Shown: positions 1-12,785 of the stretch, one piece after another
Position numbering within the stretch: position 1 is the first letter of the stretch
Layout of the letters: the number at the start of each line of letters is the position of its first letter
Origin: Eledone cirrhosa
Taxonomy: Eukaryota
Reading direction: 5' to 3'
Length of the DNA stretch: 64,000 nt
Assembly (NCBI GenBank): GCA_964016885.1
Contig: OZ024740.1
Location: forward strand, 252,526,001 to 252,590,000
Made by a program: the position numbers and the translations under genes
Notes under the pieces: model-generated
The model's input: only the letters and a program-made list of their open reading frames with translations
Database searches by the model: none
Told to the model about the DNA's origin: nothing

Positions 1-897
1 TGCTGCTTGCTGTCTCAGCACAGCTGTTGCATGTGAAGCCTACATTCTTAATTAAGCTTCCTGAGATCCCGCTACATCTCTTGTGTACCCATTGTTTGCA
101 TTTGGAGCAGAGAATGGAGTTCCTACCTACACCTTTCCTACATAGTGAGCAAGGCCATTTCCCTGAGGGGATCTGGGTTCTGTTTTCTCGTCTACTTACA
201 AGGACCTTAGTCTTTGTCATGTTGACTTTGAGACCCTTTCTTTCTAGTCCCTGCTTCCAAGTTTGGAATTTATTCTCTAGTTCTACCATAGATTCAGCTA
301 TGAGTGCGAGGTCATCAGCATACAGGAGTTCCCATGGGCATCCGGTCTTAAACTCCTCCGTTATTGCCTGCAGGACTATGATGAACAGGAGGGGGCTAAG
401 AACAGAGCCCTGGTGGACCCCAACCTGTACGCTAAATTCCTCGCTATACTCATTGCTAATCCTAACTTTGCTGACTGCTCCCCCATACATGGCTTGTACC
501 GCTTTCACAAGCCATTCATCTACTCCTAGTTTTCTAAGAGCCCACCAGATTACAGCACATGGAACTCTGTCAAAGGCTTTCTCAAGGTCGACAAATGCCA
601 AGTAGAGTGGCTTACTTTTAGCTAGGTACTTTTCCTGTAATTGTCTCACAAGGAAGAGGGCATCAGTGGTGCATCTCGTCTATTTTCACCCGGTCCCTAA
701 TCAACTGTGCTATAACTCTTTCTGTTAATTTCATGACCTGGTCCATCAACTTTATACCTCTATAGTTTCCTCTATCTAGTGCATCGCCTTTACCTTTGTA
801 GCAGTTGATAATGATGCTACTGCACCAATCTTTTGGTATGACACCTAGTATTACCTGGTTAACAATACGTGTGGTTATAGTGTGACCTACAGACCCA
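1..897 (-). mobile_element. RTE LINE fragment (RT region plus PHD-like finger), degenerate
   Basis: Minus strand encodes RTE RT motifs (FVDLEKAFD, GVHQGSVLSP, LYADDL) matching the copy at 15362-19046; ORF 27..605 is its antisense. Confidence 0.9.
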
Positions 898-911
898 TTT
901 TATACACATAC

Positions 912-956
<45 letters not shown>

Positions 957-980
957 TATATACACATACATATATATATA

Positions 981-2207
981 AACGACCCTTCCCTACGAGT
1001 GTCAACAAATGACCAAAACTCCGAGTTGGTACCATCAATGTAAGCACAATGAAAGGAAGAGCAGGAGAAATCGTAGAAATGCTAGAGCGAAAGGAAATTG
1101 ATGTATGCTGTGTGCAAGAGACTAGATGGAGAGGAGAGTCTGCTAGAGTCCTTGTAGGAAAAAGTCAGGGCTACAAATTTTTCTGGGTGGGAAATGACAA
1201 TGGGATGGGTGGTGTAGGTATACTACTAGCTGAAAGTGGGTAGATAAAGTAATCTCAGTTTACAGGGTAAATGCAAGAATCATTAAACTCAGACTAGTCC
1301 TGAATAAAACAATTACCACGTTAATATCAGCTTACGCACCCCAGTCGGGGTTGCCAGACGAACTTAAAGATAGGTTTTACGAGTCCCTAATGCACACTAC
1401 TGCTCTAACAAACGACAATGACTTCCTAATCATCGCAGAAGATTTTAACGGACACGTAGGTAAACACTGTGACGGCTTCAATAGAGTCCATGGAGGCCAC
1501 GGGGTTGGCACAAGAAATGAAGAAGGATTCAGACTTCTAGAATTCTGCGACGCCAATGACATGTCGATATGTAACACAAACTTCAAAAAACCCAACAACC
1601 ACCTGATCACCTATAGATCAGGGGAGCATTCTAGTCAAATAGATTATATCCTCATCAGAGGACGTGACAGATGGACGGTCGTAAACACAAAAGCCTTCCC
1701 TAGTGAGGAATGTACCTCCCAACATAGCTTAGTTGTCAGCGACCTCACGGTCAGAACTAGACGAACCTGGAAACAGAGGCCAACCTGGAGAAGAAAGATC
1801 TGGAAGCTGAAAGACCCTCCGCCAGTAACAGATTTAAAGATATTTTACTCAACGCCTACGACAGTAGAGAAGAACAGATAGAGACATTCAATGTAGAAGA
1901 GCACTGGGAGATCCTAACAAATAACTTACTAGAGGCGACGGATGAGGTCTGTGGCTGGAGTAAGACCACAAGCAGGAGGAGAGTGACTTGGTGGTGGAAC
2001 AGTAAGGTAGATGAGGCAGTTAAGGCTAAGAGACGGGCATGGAAAGAATGGAAGATCGGGGGGAGCAGGGTACATTACATAGAGACCAAGAGGGAAGCTA
2101 GGCGACAAATATACTTAGCTAGGAGGGAAGCAGAGGATAGAAAATTCAAGCATGTTTTGCAACGTGAGGACCAGAAACAGGAGGTGTTCAAGATTGCGAG
2201 GCAGTGT
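981..2207 (+). mobile_element. RTE LINE 5' part (APE endonuclease), disrupted
   Basis: ORFs 1049, 1351 and 1983 give CCVQETRW, DFNGHVG, SQIDYIL, TWWWN. Confidence 0.9.
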
Positions 2208-2652
2208 ATCAGCCTATACCCATGGGAGGTCGGGTACTCTGTATTACTGCGTAACGCCAGAGGTCACGGTCGTGTGTCATTGCCTTTGAGAGGTGTAATT
2301 GAGTAAGGTCGGTGGTGCCTCTTCCTGGTACAAACCCAAATTGCATCTCATCTAGTTTCACCCGGTCCCTAATCAACTGTGCTATAACTCTTTCTGTTAC
2401 TTTCATGACCTGGTCCATCAGCTTTATACCTCTATAGTTTCCTCTATCTAGTGCATCACCTTTACCTTTGTAGCAGTTGACAATGATGCTACGGCACCAA
2501 TCTTTTGGTATGACACCACCTAGTATTACCTGGTTAACAATACGTGGTTATAGTGTGACCTACAGACCCAGATGCCTTCAGCATCTCGGCAGCTATACCC
2601 GATGGACCGGTTGCCTTCCCCATCTTCATATCTTTGATTGCCTTACTTACTA
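2208..2652 (-). mobile_element. RTE 3' fragment with large internal deletion
   Basis: ORF 2209..2418 joins QFGFVPGRGTTD directly to the C-terminal DLTQLHLSK..WRYAV; near-duplicate of 672-897. Confidence 0.85.
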
Positions 2653-2699
2653 ACTAACTATATATATATAATTATTAAATGTGGAGAAGGAGCACACGA

Positions 2700-3367
2700 G
2701 TCGGAATATATATATATGAAAATAGGGAGAAAAAGACGATTATTAGGAAGAAAACATTTTTTTTTCCGTTTATATTCTTCTTTTTTTTCTGGGTTAGAAA
2801 ATGCTTAACACAAAATATTTTACTTTGTGTGAAGTGTTAAGGTATTTGTTAATTTATTTATTAATTAACAATGGCATTTATTTATTTATTTATTTATATA
2901 TTTAATAATTGTCTATTACCGGTTTCAGCATTTTATGCATTATCAAAGGGAATTTGTATTGGTGTAAAATGTTTGAAAGAAAATGATGTGATGTTGAACA
3001 TGTTAAGGAAATGGAGAAGAAAGAATATTATTTACAAACAAGGTTTTTGAAGTAAAAAGAAAAAAGAGGGTGATGTGGAACATGATAAGGTAATGAGAAA
3101 GAAAGAATATTATTATTTACAGGCATAGTTCTTGAGGATAAGCAGTTCAAAATGTGTTATTATGGCAAGAGCGCTTAGTTGATCTATGATGGAAGCAAAT
3201 GGTAGTCTGGGGTTTGATTTCCCATTATAGAGAGTTAATATGCAGGGGAGGTAATTCATGGTGGTCAGGTAGGGGAGAGGGAAATGAGAAGGGGTAATTC
3301 ATTTATATAAGAAAAGGGATTAGGTAGGGTGTAAGGGAGGTAACTTTTTAGAGAACATAGGAATCCT
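2700..3367 (-). mobile_element. Probable PLE 3' tail with degenerate U3-A8 hammerhead (~2911-2950)
   Basis: Minus strand reads TTGATAA TGCA-TAAAA-TGCT GAAA CCGG TA (stem I weak); carries the TTACCTCCC motif seen in other PLE tails. Confidence 0.45.
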
Positions 3368-5238
3368 ATTTGAAATGTGCACTACTTGACACCGAGATTG
3401 CACGCAAACTTTCCCATGAAAATGAGAGGGCAAAGAAAGAAAGCAGTGCCATAGAAAATATTAAAACAAACCCTACAGCCTTCTTTAAATTTGCAAAAGA
3501 AACTACCTTGGTACACTGCAAGATTGGGCCACTCTTCCATTCAGACGGTTCATTAAGCGAGAATTCCCAAGAGATATGTGAAATACTGAACGAACAGTAC
3601 AAAAGTGTGTTCACATGTCCACCGAGACACAAAGCCAGAGGAGTTCTTTGATACCACAACACTACATGAAGAAATGGCGACCATCAACCACATAGGCATA
3701 ACGGAGGAGGATGTGGTATACGCCATACATGAAATTAGAACAGACTCAGCTGCTAGACCTGATGGATTCCCAGCAGTCCTCTTAAAAACATGTAAGCGAG
3801 CCTTAGCAACTCCACTGAAGATGCTCTTCAGAAGCTCCTTGGCTAGCGGTGTACTACCCAGGGAGCTGAAAGAAGGCACGATATGCCCTATCCATAAAGG
3901 AGGAAGCAGAGTGGAGGCCAAAAACTATAGGCCAGTCTCCCTGACTTCGCATATCAGTAAGGTCATGGAGCGAGTCGTCAGAAAGAAACTGATCACTTTC
4001 CTCGAGGAAAATGACTGCCGCCTGACTAGCACACAGCATGGCTTCTGCCCAGGAAGAAGCTGCTACATCAATACGACTGGGTACTGAAACAACTGCTAAA
4101 CAGCTCATATGTGGACGTGATATATCTTGACTTTGCGAAGGCCTTTGACAAGGTCGACCACGGAATGATATGTCACAAACTACACGGACTCAGCATAACT
4201 GGAAAAGTAGGTGAGTGGCTGCATGACTTCCTAAAGGACAGAAGCCAGGCAGTCGCAGCAAATGGGGCCCTCTCAAAGGAAACACCAATAACAAGTGGGG
4301 TGCCCCAAGGCACAGTCCTGGGACCACTACTGTTTTTGGTGGCTCTCTCAGACATGCCCTCTGTAGTACATACAACAACATCCATCACTAGCTATGCTGA
4401 TGACACTAAGGTAGCACAGGCAATCAAAAACCCGGCTGACGCTGCCCTTTTACAACAAGATCTGGATGGCATATACAAATGGGCGGAAGAAAACAATATG
4501 CAGTTTAATGCTAGCAAATTCCAAGCACTACAATACAAACCTGCAAACACAAATACAGTACAACACAGTTACGGAGAACCAGGAGGGACCGATATCCCCG
4601 TGTCAAAATCGATATCAGACCTGGGTAAAGACATGAGCGATGATGCCTCTTTTTCCTCACACATCATGAAAGTGGCGACAATGTGCAGATGACTCGCTGG
4701 CTGGATCTTGAGGACTTTCCGGACAAGAGACCGAGACACCAGGTTGACACTATGGAGGTCATTTGTCCTAAGCCGCCTGGACTATTGCTCCCATTAGTGT
4801 CAAACTAACCATGGAGGTTGAGGCAATCCAGAGAAGCTACATCAAGAGGATTGCCACGATGAAGGAGATAAGCTACTGGGAGAGGCTAAAAGAACTGAAC
4901 CTCTACTCCTTCGAACGAAGATGGGAGAGATACGCACTGATCTACATGCAATAGCCTGGGATTCAAGGGCCTTCAACTCTTCAACAAGCTGCCGAGGGAT
5001 CTGAGAGATTTGCATAGTGTGGAGGTGGATTCTTCAAGAAACATCTCGACACCTTGCTATCCAGGATCACGGATGAGCCCACAGCAAGGCACGAGTGAAT
5101 CCTAAGGGCAGCAGCAACAAACTCCCTCTTACATCAGTGGCCAACCAATACAGACTGGAGATAAAATGTGGAGCACAAGGGCGGTGGCCCAGCATGGCCT
5201 CAGCCAGATGGCTGGAACAGGTAAAAGAGTAAAAGAGT
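3368..5238 (+). mobile_element. CR1-group LINE, 5'-truncated RT pseudogene with (GTAAAAGA)2 tail
   Basis: [39 protein letters not shown]; several frameshifts; tail gtaaaagagtaaaagagt ends at (TA)n. Confidence 0.88.
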
Positions 5239-5319
5239 TTATATATATATATACACACACATACATATATATATACATATATATATATATATACATACAT
5301 ACATATATACATACATATA

Positions 5320-5710
5320 TGGTGGCTGCCAACTTGTTTTTGAGTACGGCCACTACTTTATATCCATGTAGGAGAACCCCTACCGATGCGCTGAACGAGT
5401 GTGACTTTTTAGTCCAGCCAGCGACTTGAAAACTCTGGTACAAACACTACACTTGTGACAATTATTGACACATAGTGCTGGGCCCATGGTACCATGTGAC
5501 GACAAGTGCAGAGAGATCTCCAGATACCTGTGCCGTGAAGCTTTTATAGTGAGCAAAGGCACTGCGCAAAGCCAGTCTCACTCTCTTAACCAAGATGATA
5601 TTTACCAAAAAGAAGAACAAGTCAACATCATTGGATACCATCAGGGTTGCAGGTGTTATATCAGAGTTTTCCTTCTCCTAGAATTCTGCCTTGACAAAGG
5701 CTAAGGGGTC
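5320..5710 (-). mobile_element. Internally deleted BovB-type RTE derivative (5' UTR-like part plus C-terminal C2H2 finger)
   Basis: CSVCTRVFKSLAGLKSHTRSAHR*; both ends similar to 6458-6796. Confidence 0.55.
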
Positions 5711-5714
5711 ATAA

Positions 5715-6390
5715 TACATACATATATGTATACAGACGTACAGTAGTATGGATATATATATATATATACATACATGCACACATATATATATGTACGTATG
5801 GATTCACCAAACATTTATTATAATGCTCTGTGTGTTTGTAAACAAACATCCCGTATTAAGCCGCAGTGTCTAGCAACCACCGTTGTTCGTTTGTTCAACA
5901 CTGACAAAGGAACGCTGTACTATTTTCAAGCTTGTCAGCAACGTATACCTTCCTGCCAGATTGTTGAACGTCCGAAAGTATATACTTTCCTTATGCATAT
6001 TAACGGCTGAGTAGCCCAATTTGCATATCGGCCGGGTGCACCGTAAAGTATATACTTTCGGACGTTCAACAATCTGGCAGGAAGGTATACGTTGCTGATG
6101 ATAGCTAACAAGCTTGAAACTAGTACAGCGTTCCTTTGTCAGTGTTGAATAAATGAGCAACGGTGGTTGCTAGACACTGCGGCTTAATACGGGATGTTTG
6201 TTTACAAACACACGGAGCATTATAATAAATGTTTGGTGAATCCATACGTACACATGTGTGCATGTATGAATATATATATACATACTACTGGACGTCTGTA
6301 TACATATAGGTATGTACGTGTACATACTTATATTTACGTAACAGCCGTACTAAGAGTGGGAAATGAAATTTCTTTTCATTTTTTCCGTTT
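5715..6390. mobile_element. Retrozyme-like non-coding element, fold-back copy (arms ~5715-6030 and ~6045-6390)
   Basis: Arms are reverse complements; the same unit occurs at 12786, 41396 and 59110; HHR intact in the right arm, core partly deleted in the left arm. Confidence 0.8.
6090..6130 (+). ncRNA. Minimal type I hammerhead ribozyme
   Basis: CGTTG CTGATGA TAGCT-AAC-AAGCTT GAAA CTAG TA CAGCG; palindromic stem III. Confidence 0.85.
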
Positions 6391-6457
6391 ATATATATAT
6401 ATATATATATATACACATACATATATATATATATACACACATACATATATATCTATA

Positions 6458-6796
6458 TGATGATGGCTGCCCCCTCGTTATTGAGTATCGCCATTGCACG
6501 ACATACCATTATTAATAATTATGAATTAATTCCATCGTGCAATGCCTATGCGTGAAGATATTTTTTAAAGTGAGCCAATCCCACTCTCCGAGCTACGGTA
6601 TCTATAACCTGAAAAGAAGAAACGATCAACATCATTGGGAATTACTGAGGTGCAGGTGTTATATCTGAATTATGCCAGTTTCCTGAGTTGCCTTCTACGA
6701 GAATGCCCTGACAAACGCTAGGGTCCTTCACTTCCAGTGGTTTAACCGCGTGATTGGGTATCCAGCCCGACTATTTCTATGTCCTCGCGCATATAC
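6458..6796 (-). mobile_element. RTE-derived non-autonomous (SINE-like) element related to 5320-5710
   Basis: Shared blocks tggctgcc..ttgagta, caacatcattgg, tgcaggtgttatatc, ccttct..tgacaaa.gcta; short (TGA)n at the left end. Confidence 0.5.
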
Positions 6797-6996
6797 ATAC
6801 ACCCATGCATATACACATACATATACACAAATATGTACATGTGTATATACATATTTACACACTTTTGGATGGCCGTTGACTCTTATGAGTTCTTTTGCGC
6901 TTTGTCAGGTTGTTTTTTGTCCTCCAAAACCCCACCAAGTAAGCTTGGTGGGGTTGCCGGTTTAGTCGCCGATATATATATATATATATATATATA

Positions 6997-7970
6997 CACA
7001 AAGTGTTACAATGATCAAATTTTAGTTTAGAACATTTATTTGCTGACAATTGTTTCTTCCAGAGGTAAGTCTGGAATCCTCGGAGCATATGGTATGTCGA
7101 AACATGTAACTATTTAGAACATTTAGAGTACATAATTTTTATTAGTGTCATAGGCATCATGTGGAGAGTCAGAAGTTAAAAAGATGCTTTGCTTGAGAGA
7201 ACACAATTACATTGGAAGTGTAAAAGGAATAAGTGAAAAGCACAAACAAAAAAATACAGGCAAAAAAGTTATAAGCAAGGAAAATTGGTGTACAATGCAG
7301 GAGTCAATACAGTCAATAAGGCATGTATGAGGAAAGAGTTATAATGCAGTTGAAATAAACATATTTTGTGTGGGGTGTTAAAGCATGTTGTAATTGTTAA
7401 AAATGTTTAAGATAGTGTGCAATTTGTTAGAGAGGCATGTGGTGATAATGTAGGTGTTTGTTATGTGAGGTGTGAGGCAAAGTACGTGATAGAGTTGGAT
7501 ATGTGATTTTCATTCAAGTGTTTTTGTGTTGTAGTTCGTATGTACGTGTATATGTTGTTTGTAACTCACAGCTATTAACTATGGAATTATTTTGAGTCAT
7601 TTATAGTCAATAGGTGTTTGTTTGTTAAATGTAAATTCCACCGAATTACTGGCCATGTTGTTATTGTAGGTATATTATCTTATGCATTTTTTATCTACAA
7701 ATTATCTCTTCTAGGGTTTGTATTAACCGTTATCAAGCTGTTGGTAAACCGTTAGGTTGCTTAATTTTAAGAGTTTACACAGGAAGTTGTAAAGGGGGTT
7801 AATAACAAAGGGAGGTAATTAAGGTTGTTGATGAATTAAGGGTTGTTTTAAGTGTTATAAATTAATCTTTATAGAGAATATAAAATATTATTGGTTATAT
7901 AATTATCTTTTAAACTTGTGTTAAAGACATTTTAAAAAAAATTATTATAACTAGATTGTTTTTATATAGT
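6997..7970 (-). mobile_element. PLE (Naiad-type) 3' tail
   Basis: HHR followed by AATAAA, plus the conserved TTACCTCCC motif; same layout as the tail of the Naiad at 19047-21920. Confidence 0.6.
7041..7087 (-). ncRNA. Hammerhead ribozyme, U4C core variant
   Basis: TGCT CCGAGGA TTCCAGA-CTTACC-TCTGGAA GAAA CAATTG TC AGCA. Confidence 0.75.
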
Positions 7971-7988
7971 TACTATATGTATATATAA

Positions 7989-8180
7989 ATTGTTTCTACT
8001 TTTGGCACAGGGCCAGCAATTATCCAGTAAATTACTGGTACTTTATTTTATCGACCCCATAAGGATGAAAGGCAAAGTTAACCTCGGCGGGATTTGAACT
8101 CAGAATGGCAAGGGCCATAACTCTATGCGTCAAAGCATGGCGTCCGGCCCTCTACCGATACTGCCAATCCCCAGCCCTTA
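7989..8180 (-). mobile_element. tRNA-derived SINE (octopus-type; Meta-like central domain)
   Basis: A box TGGCAGTATCGG, B box GAGTTCAAATCC, then GCCTTTCATCCTTATGGGGTCGATAAAATAAAGTACCAG. Confidence 0.75.
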
Positions 8181-8399
8181 TATGTATATATAATATAAGT
8201 TATACATATATGTGTGAGAATGTATATATATATATATATATTCCTGCCGGTTATATATATATGTATGTATGTGAGTGGTGTGTGTGTTTGTATGCATGAG
8301 TGTTGGTGTGTGAGTGGTGTGTGTGTTTGTAGTTTGTATGCATGAGTGTTGGTGTATGTGTGTGTGTGTGTCAATAGGTGTTTTTTTTGGGGGGGGGGG

Positions 8400-8560
8400 G
8401 TTATGACCATGCTGTAAAATGGAGGAGTAGAGAGGGCCCTTGAGTCTAGTAAGACATCCTCTCTAGTGCTGGTGGCACAAATAAAAGCACCCAGTCCATG
8501 CTGTAAAGTGACGCTGGTGTTAGGAAGGGCATCCAACCAGTGTATCAAGGCCAAAACGCT
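8400..8560 (+). mobile_element. RTE-type 3' UTR or SINE tail fragment
   Basis: aaaagcacccag..ctgtaaagtg..ggtgttaggaagggcatcca, as in the RTE 3' UTRs in this window. Confidence 0.6.
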
Positions 8561-8599
8561 TATCAGCACAGCAACAAATAGGAACAACAACAAAATATG

Positions 8600-11500
8600 A
8601 AGACGCCGCTTCTCAGAGTTGCAACACTTAATGTTGGCACTCTCAGAGGTAGATCTGCTGAAATAGCGGAGATGCTGAAGAGAAGGCATGTGGATGTGTG
8701 CTGCGTGCAATAGGTGAGATGGAGAGGTGCCTCTGCGAGACTAGTCGTAGGCAAACATCTTAGCTATAAGCTTTTCTGGGTAGGTAAGGATGATGGGTTA
8801 CGGGGAGTAGGCATTTTCCTGGCTGAGAGATGGATCGATAAGACAATAGAGGTAGTTCGAGTTAGTAATCGAATAATTAAGCTTAGATTAGTTGTAAGCA
8901 GGAGACTACTGACAATCATCTCTGCCTATGCTCCCCAAGCAGGCCTAGGCAAAGATGAGAAAGACTGCTTTTACGAGCAACTTTTACAAACAACCGCAAT
9001 GAGAGAGGACGGAGACATCGTTATGCTAGCAGGGGACTTCAATGGTCATGTTGGACAGCTCCAGGATGGTTACACTGGGGTACATAGTGGGCACGGTTAC
9101 AGCTCAAGAAATGAAGAAGGAGTGAGACGTCTTGAATTTTGTGATGCAAGTACACTGACTATTTGCAACACAAACTTCCAGAAACCTGCCAATCACCTAA
9201 TAACCTACAAATCTGGCGAGCACATAAGCCAGATTGACTTCTTACTAGTTAGGCAGCGGGACAGGCAGATAGTGTCTAATACCAAGGCATACACTGGGGA
9301 AGAATGTACACCACATCATAGGTTAGTCGTTAGTGATATCTCAGTAAGCAAGAGATGGAATGAGACATACAGGAAGGTGTGGAGAAGAAAGGTCTGGAAG
9401 CTAAAAGACCTTTCACTAAAATACAAATTTAGGAAAGCCATTCAAGATGTGTATGATGAAAAAGAAGGCGATTTTGAGACGTATGACATAGATAATAACT
9501 GGAATTTCTTACGTGACAACTTACTGCAGGCTACTAATGAAACTTGTGGCTGGAGCAGAGCTCCAACCAGACAGAGATTGACCTGGTGGTGGAACACATT
9601 AGAGAAAAAGACTAGCATGGAAGGCTTGGAAAAAGGGTGGGAGTAGGGAAGAATATACAGCCACTAAGAGAGAAGCTAGACGTCAGGTGTACTTAGCACG
9701 CAGAGAAGGCTGAGAGTAGAAGGTTTGCCAATGTTCTGCGACAGGAAGGTCAGAGGCGTGCGGTCTTCCACATTACAAGGCAGTGTGTCAATGCAAATCA
9801 GGATGTTGTTGGAGATAAATGTGTCCGGAACGATGCTGGTGTACTTAGTGTCACTAATGATCAGAAAATGGAGGCCTGGAAATGTCATTATGAGAGACTG
9901 ATGAATATGGAGAACGAATGGGAGAGAGAGAAATTACCCTCAGTAGATCCGACAAAGGGACCAGCTATTGAGATTGACGAATATAGGGTCCAAGAGGCGA
10001 TTAAGGAAATGAAAAATAGTAAGGCTGCTGGACCATCGGGAATAGTTGCAGAGATGCTGAAGGCATCAGGGGATGTAGGCACTAAACTGGTTGCACACAT
10101 CATCAATCAGGCTATATATGGTGGTGTCATACCCAAAAACTGGTGCAGCAGTATTCTCATAAATTGCTACAAAGGTAAAGGGGATGCTCTGGAGAGGAGC
10201 AATTATAGGGGTATGAAACTGATGGATCAGGTTATGAAAGTGGCAGAAAGGATATTAGCACAGCTAATTAGAGAAAGGGTCAAACTAGATGAGATGCAGT
10301 TTGGTTTTGTGCCTGGGAAAAGTACAACAGATGCCCTCTTCTTGGTGAGACAATTGCAAGAGAGGTTCTTAGAGAAAAATAAGCCACAATACTTAGCCTT
10401 TTTTACCTAGAGAAGGCCTTTGATAGGGAACCCCGATCTGTCATCTGGTGGTCCCTAAGGAAACTAGGTGTTGAGGAATGGCTTGTGAGGACAGTGCAAA
10501 CTTTGTACAGAGGTACTCTCAGTAAAGTCAGGGTAGGAATGGAGTTTAGTGAGGAATTCCAGATACAAGTAGGAGTACATCAAGGTTCGGTCCTCAGTCT
10601 GCTCTTGTTCATTATAGTCCTCCAAGCCATACGAAGCCATGCTGACGATCTGGTTCTTATAGCAGAATCAGTAGAGGAGCTAGAGAATAAATTCTGGCTA
10701 TGGAAACAACAGTTGGAAGCAAGAGGACTGAGAGTGAACCTAGCTAAGACAAAAGTGTTAATGAGTAGAAAAGAGGCCAAAACTCTGATTCCGTCAGGGA
10801 AATGGCCATGTTCGATTTGCAGAAAAGGAACTGGCATAAATTCTATAAAATGCACACAATGCAGATGCTGGGTACACAAGAGATGTAGCGGGATAGCAGG
10901 CAAACTAACAGGTAGGGAGATGTACAGGGAAATTAGACAGTAGAGTCGCAATGATAGACACATTTTTTCAAATGCAGGCGGGTGCTATAGAAGTGGTGGG
11001 TAGCTTCCGGTACCTAGGAGATCAGATTACCATGGGAGGGGGCTGTCACGAGGCTATAGTATCTAGAATAAGGACGGGTTGGAAGAAGTTTAGGGAGCTG
11101 CTTCCTCTGCTGACGAAGAAGGGTTTCTCCCTGCGTACGAAAGGCCGGTTATATGATGCCTGTGTGAGGAGTGCGATGTTGCATGGTAGTGAGACATGGG
11201 CAGCAACTGCAGAGGACATGCGACGGCTGGAGAGAAATTAGGCAAGCATGTTCCATTGGATGTGCAGTGTCAATGTGCGTGAACGATCCAGCATGAATGT
11301 ATTGTGAGAGACACTGTGTCTGAGAGGGATAGAATGTAGTGTGCGAGAGAGGAGACTGAGGTGGTATGGACATGTGATGCGCATGGAGGATGACCGATGG
11401 GTGAAGAAGTGCCAGGAAATGCCAGTTGAAGGAAGACGTGGTAGAGATAGACCACGAAAAACATGGACGGAGGTGGTGAGAATGGACCTCAGATCGCTGA

Positions 11501-11639
11501 AGCTCACGATGGAGATGACGAAGGACCGTGACAAGTGGAGAGATGCTGTGCTGAATAAGACCCGTCCCAGCCTTGCAACCAGGGAAGAGCGGACGTAAAA
11601 TGATGATGAATGATGATGATGATGAATGATGATGATGAT
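8600..11639 (+). mobile_element. RTE LINE, near full ORF, frameshifted, (TGA/TGAA)n tail
   Basis: APE (ISAYAPQ, AGDFNGHVG), RT (QFGFVPGKSTTDA, HADDLV), PHD-like finger, C-terminal RLRWYGHVMR. Confidence 0.92.
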
Positions 11640-11649
11640 ATATATATAT

Positions 11650-12530
11650 AAATTACACAATAATCAAAGTTATGCTCAAATCATTTTATTGCTGACAATC
11701 GTTTCTTCCAAACTTTCGTTTGGAGTCATCGGAGCACTAGCAATGTTTGTACATATAGTTAACCTCCTACTCAACTGATCAATCATGTAGATACATGGAT
11801 ATTAATGCCGTCAACAACAGTTTCGTATTCGCAGAATGGAATGGATATGACATATATCACAAGAGAATTGTACAATAATTAAAATCAAAAAGCACAGAGT
11901 GGAATGCATGCGACAGATATCACAAGGGAAAAGTATAATATGCAAGCGTGTAGAGAGTGCAAATGCGTTAGGCATATATAGGAAGTAGACAAGCAATGGT
12001 ACTAGGCATATATAATTACTGTATGGCAAAGGTATCACATAAAAAATAACATAGGTTTACAAGTATATCAGGCAGGCAAAGGTGTTTGTGTATTAATATT
12101 ACGAGTTTATGGTGGATGTAAAGCGATGATTGTTTCTGTTATGTTCAATTGTGTCTGTGTTGAGAGTATCACTGTTATTGCTATCTTTTCCATTACATTG
12201 GTTAAGTTCTATTTTAGTGAATGTTTTTAGTTAGTTGCAGCTATGGATTGTATATTGGTCCTATTATATTGTTATCATTGGTTCGAGTTGTTCTATAGTG
12301 ATTCTTCTAACGGTTTAATTTCTGGAAGTGAGTTTGAGATTCATATTAAGGGGAGATAATGCGAAAGGGAGGTAACTAGCAATTAAATTGTATATGAAAG
12401 TAAAAGAAGGAAAATATGGAAAAAATGTATAGTTGTTTACAGTTTCAATTAGTTAAATTCTTTGTGCTAATAAACATTCTATTGTGTTACAAGTGAATCC
12501 CTTTTATATAATGTTATTTGTTTATATTTA
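11650..12530 (-). mobile_element. PLE 3' tail with U4C hammerhead (11690-11736)
   Basis: TGCT CCGATGA CTCCAAA-CGAAAG-TTTGGAA GAAA CGATTG TC AGCA overlapping AATAAA; TTACCTCCC motif at ~12367. Confidence 0.65.
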
Positions 12531-12534
12531 ATTA

Positions 12535-12740
12535 TTGTCCTATAATATCAAAGAGAATAAAAATAAAAAATTTATACAATTTGATATTAATTCATACTAC
12601 ACCTCTATTTCCCCTATCCTATTAAATAAGGCATTAATTATGGCCATGAACAATAGTGACCTTACTAGATCCCAAATTGATGTCATCCTAGTGGCCCGAA
12701 AAACTATAATTACATGTGAAGATCAATTATGGACCCCCAA
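12535..12740 (+). mobile_element. Naiad-type PLE RT fragment
   Basis: KFIQFDINSYYTSISPILLNKAL..ARKT matches the RTs at 32201 and 57644. Confidence 0.8.
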
Positions 12741-12785
12741 GGAATATATGCATATATATATATAAATGCATATATATATATATAA

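Noticed and set aside
27-605. Antisense ORFs over RTE and PLE coding regions (e.g. 27..605, 17606..18049, 25305..25928)
   Set aside because: Shadow frames of the opposite-strand RT or endonuclease.
981-2652. Twin-priming inversion of one RTE
   Set aside because: The segments are tail-to-tail and lack the terminal (GAT)n, which is not the expected twin-priming geometry.
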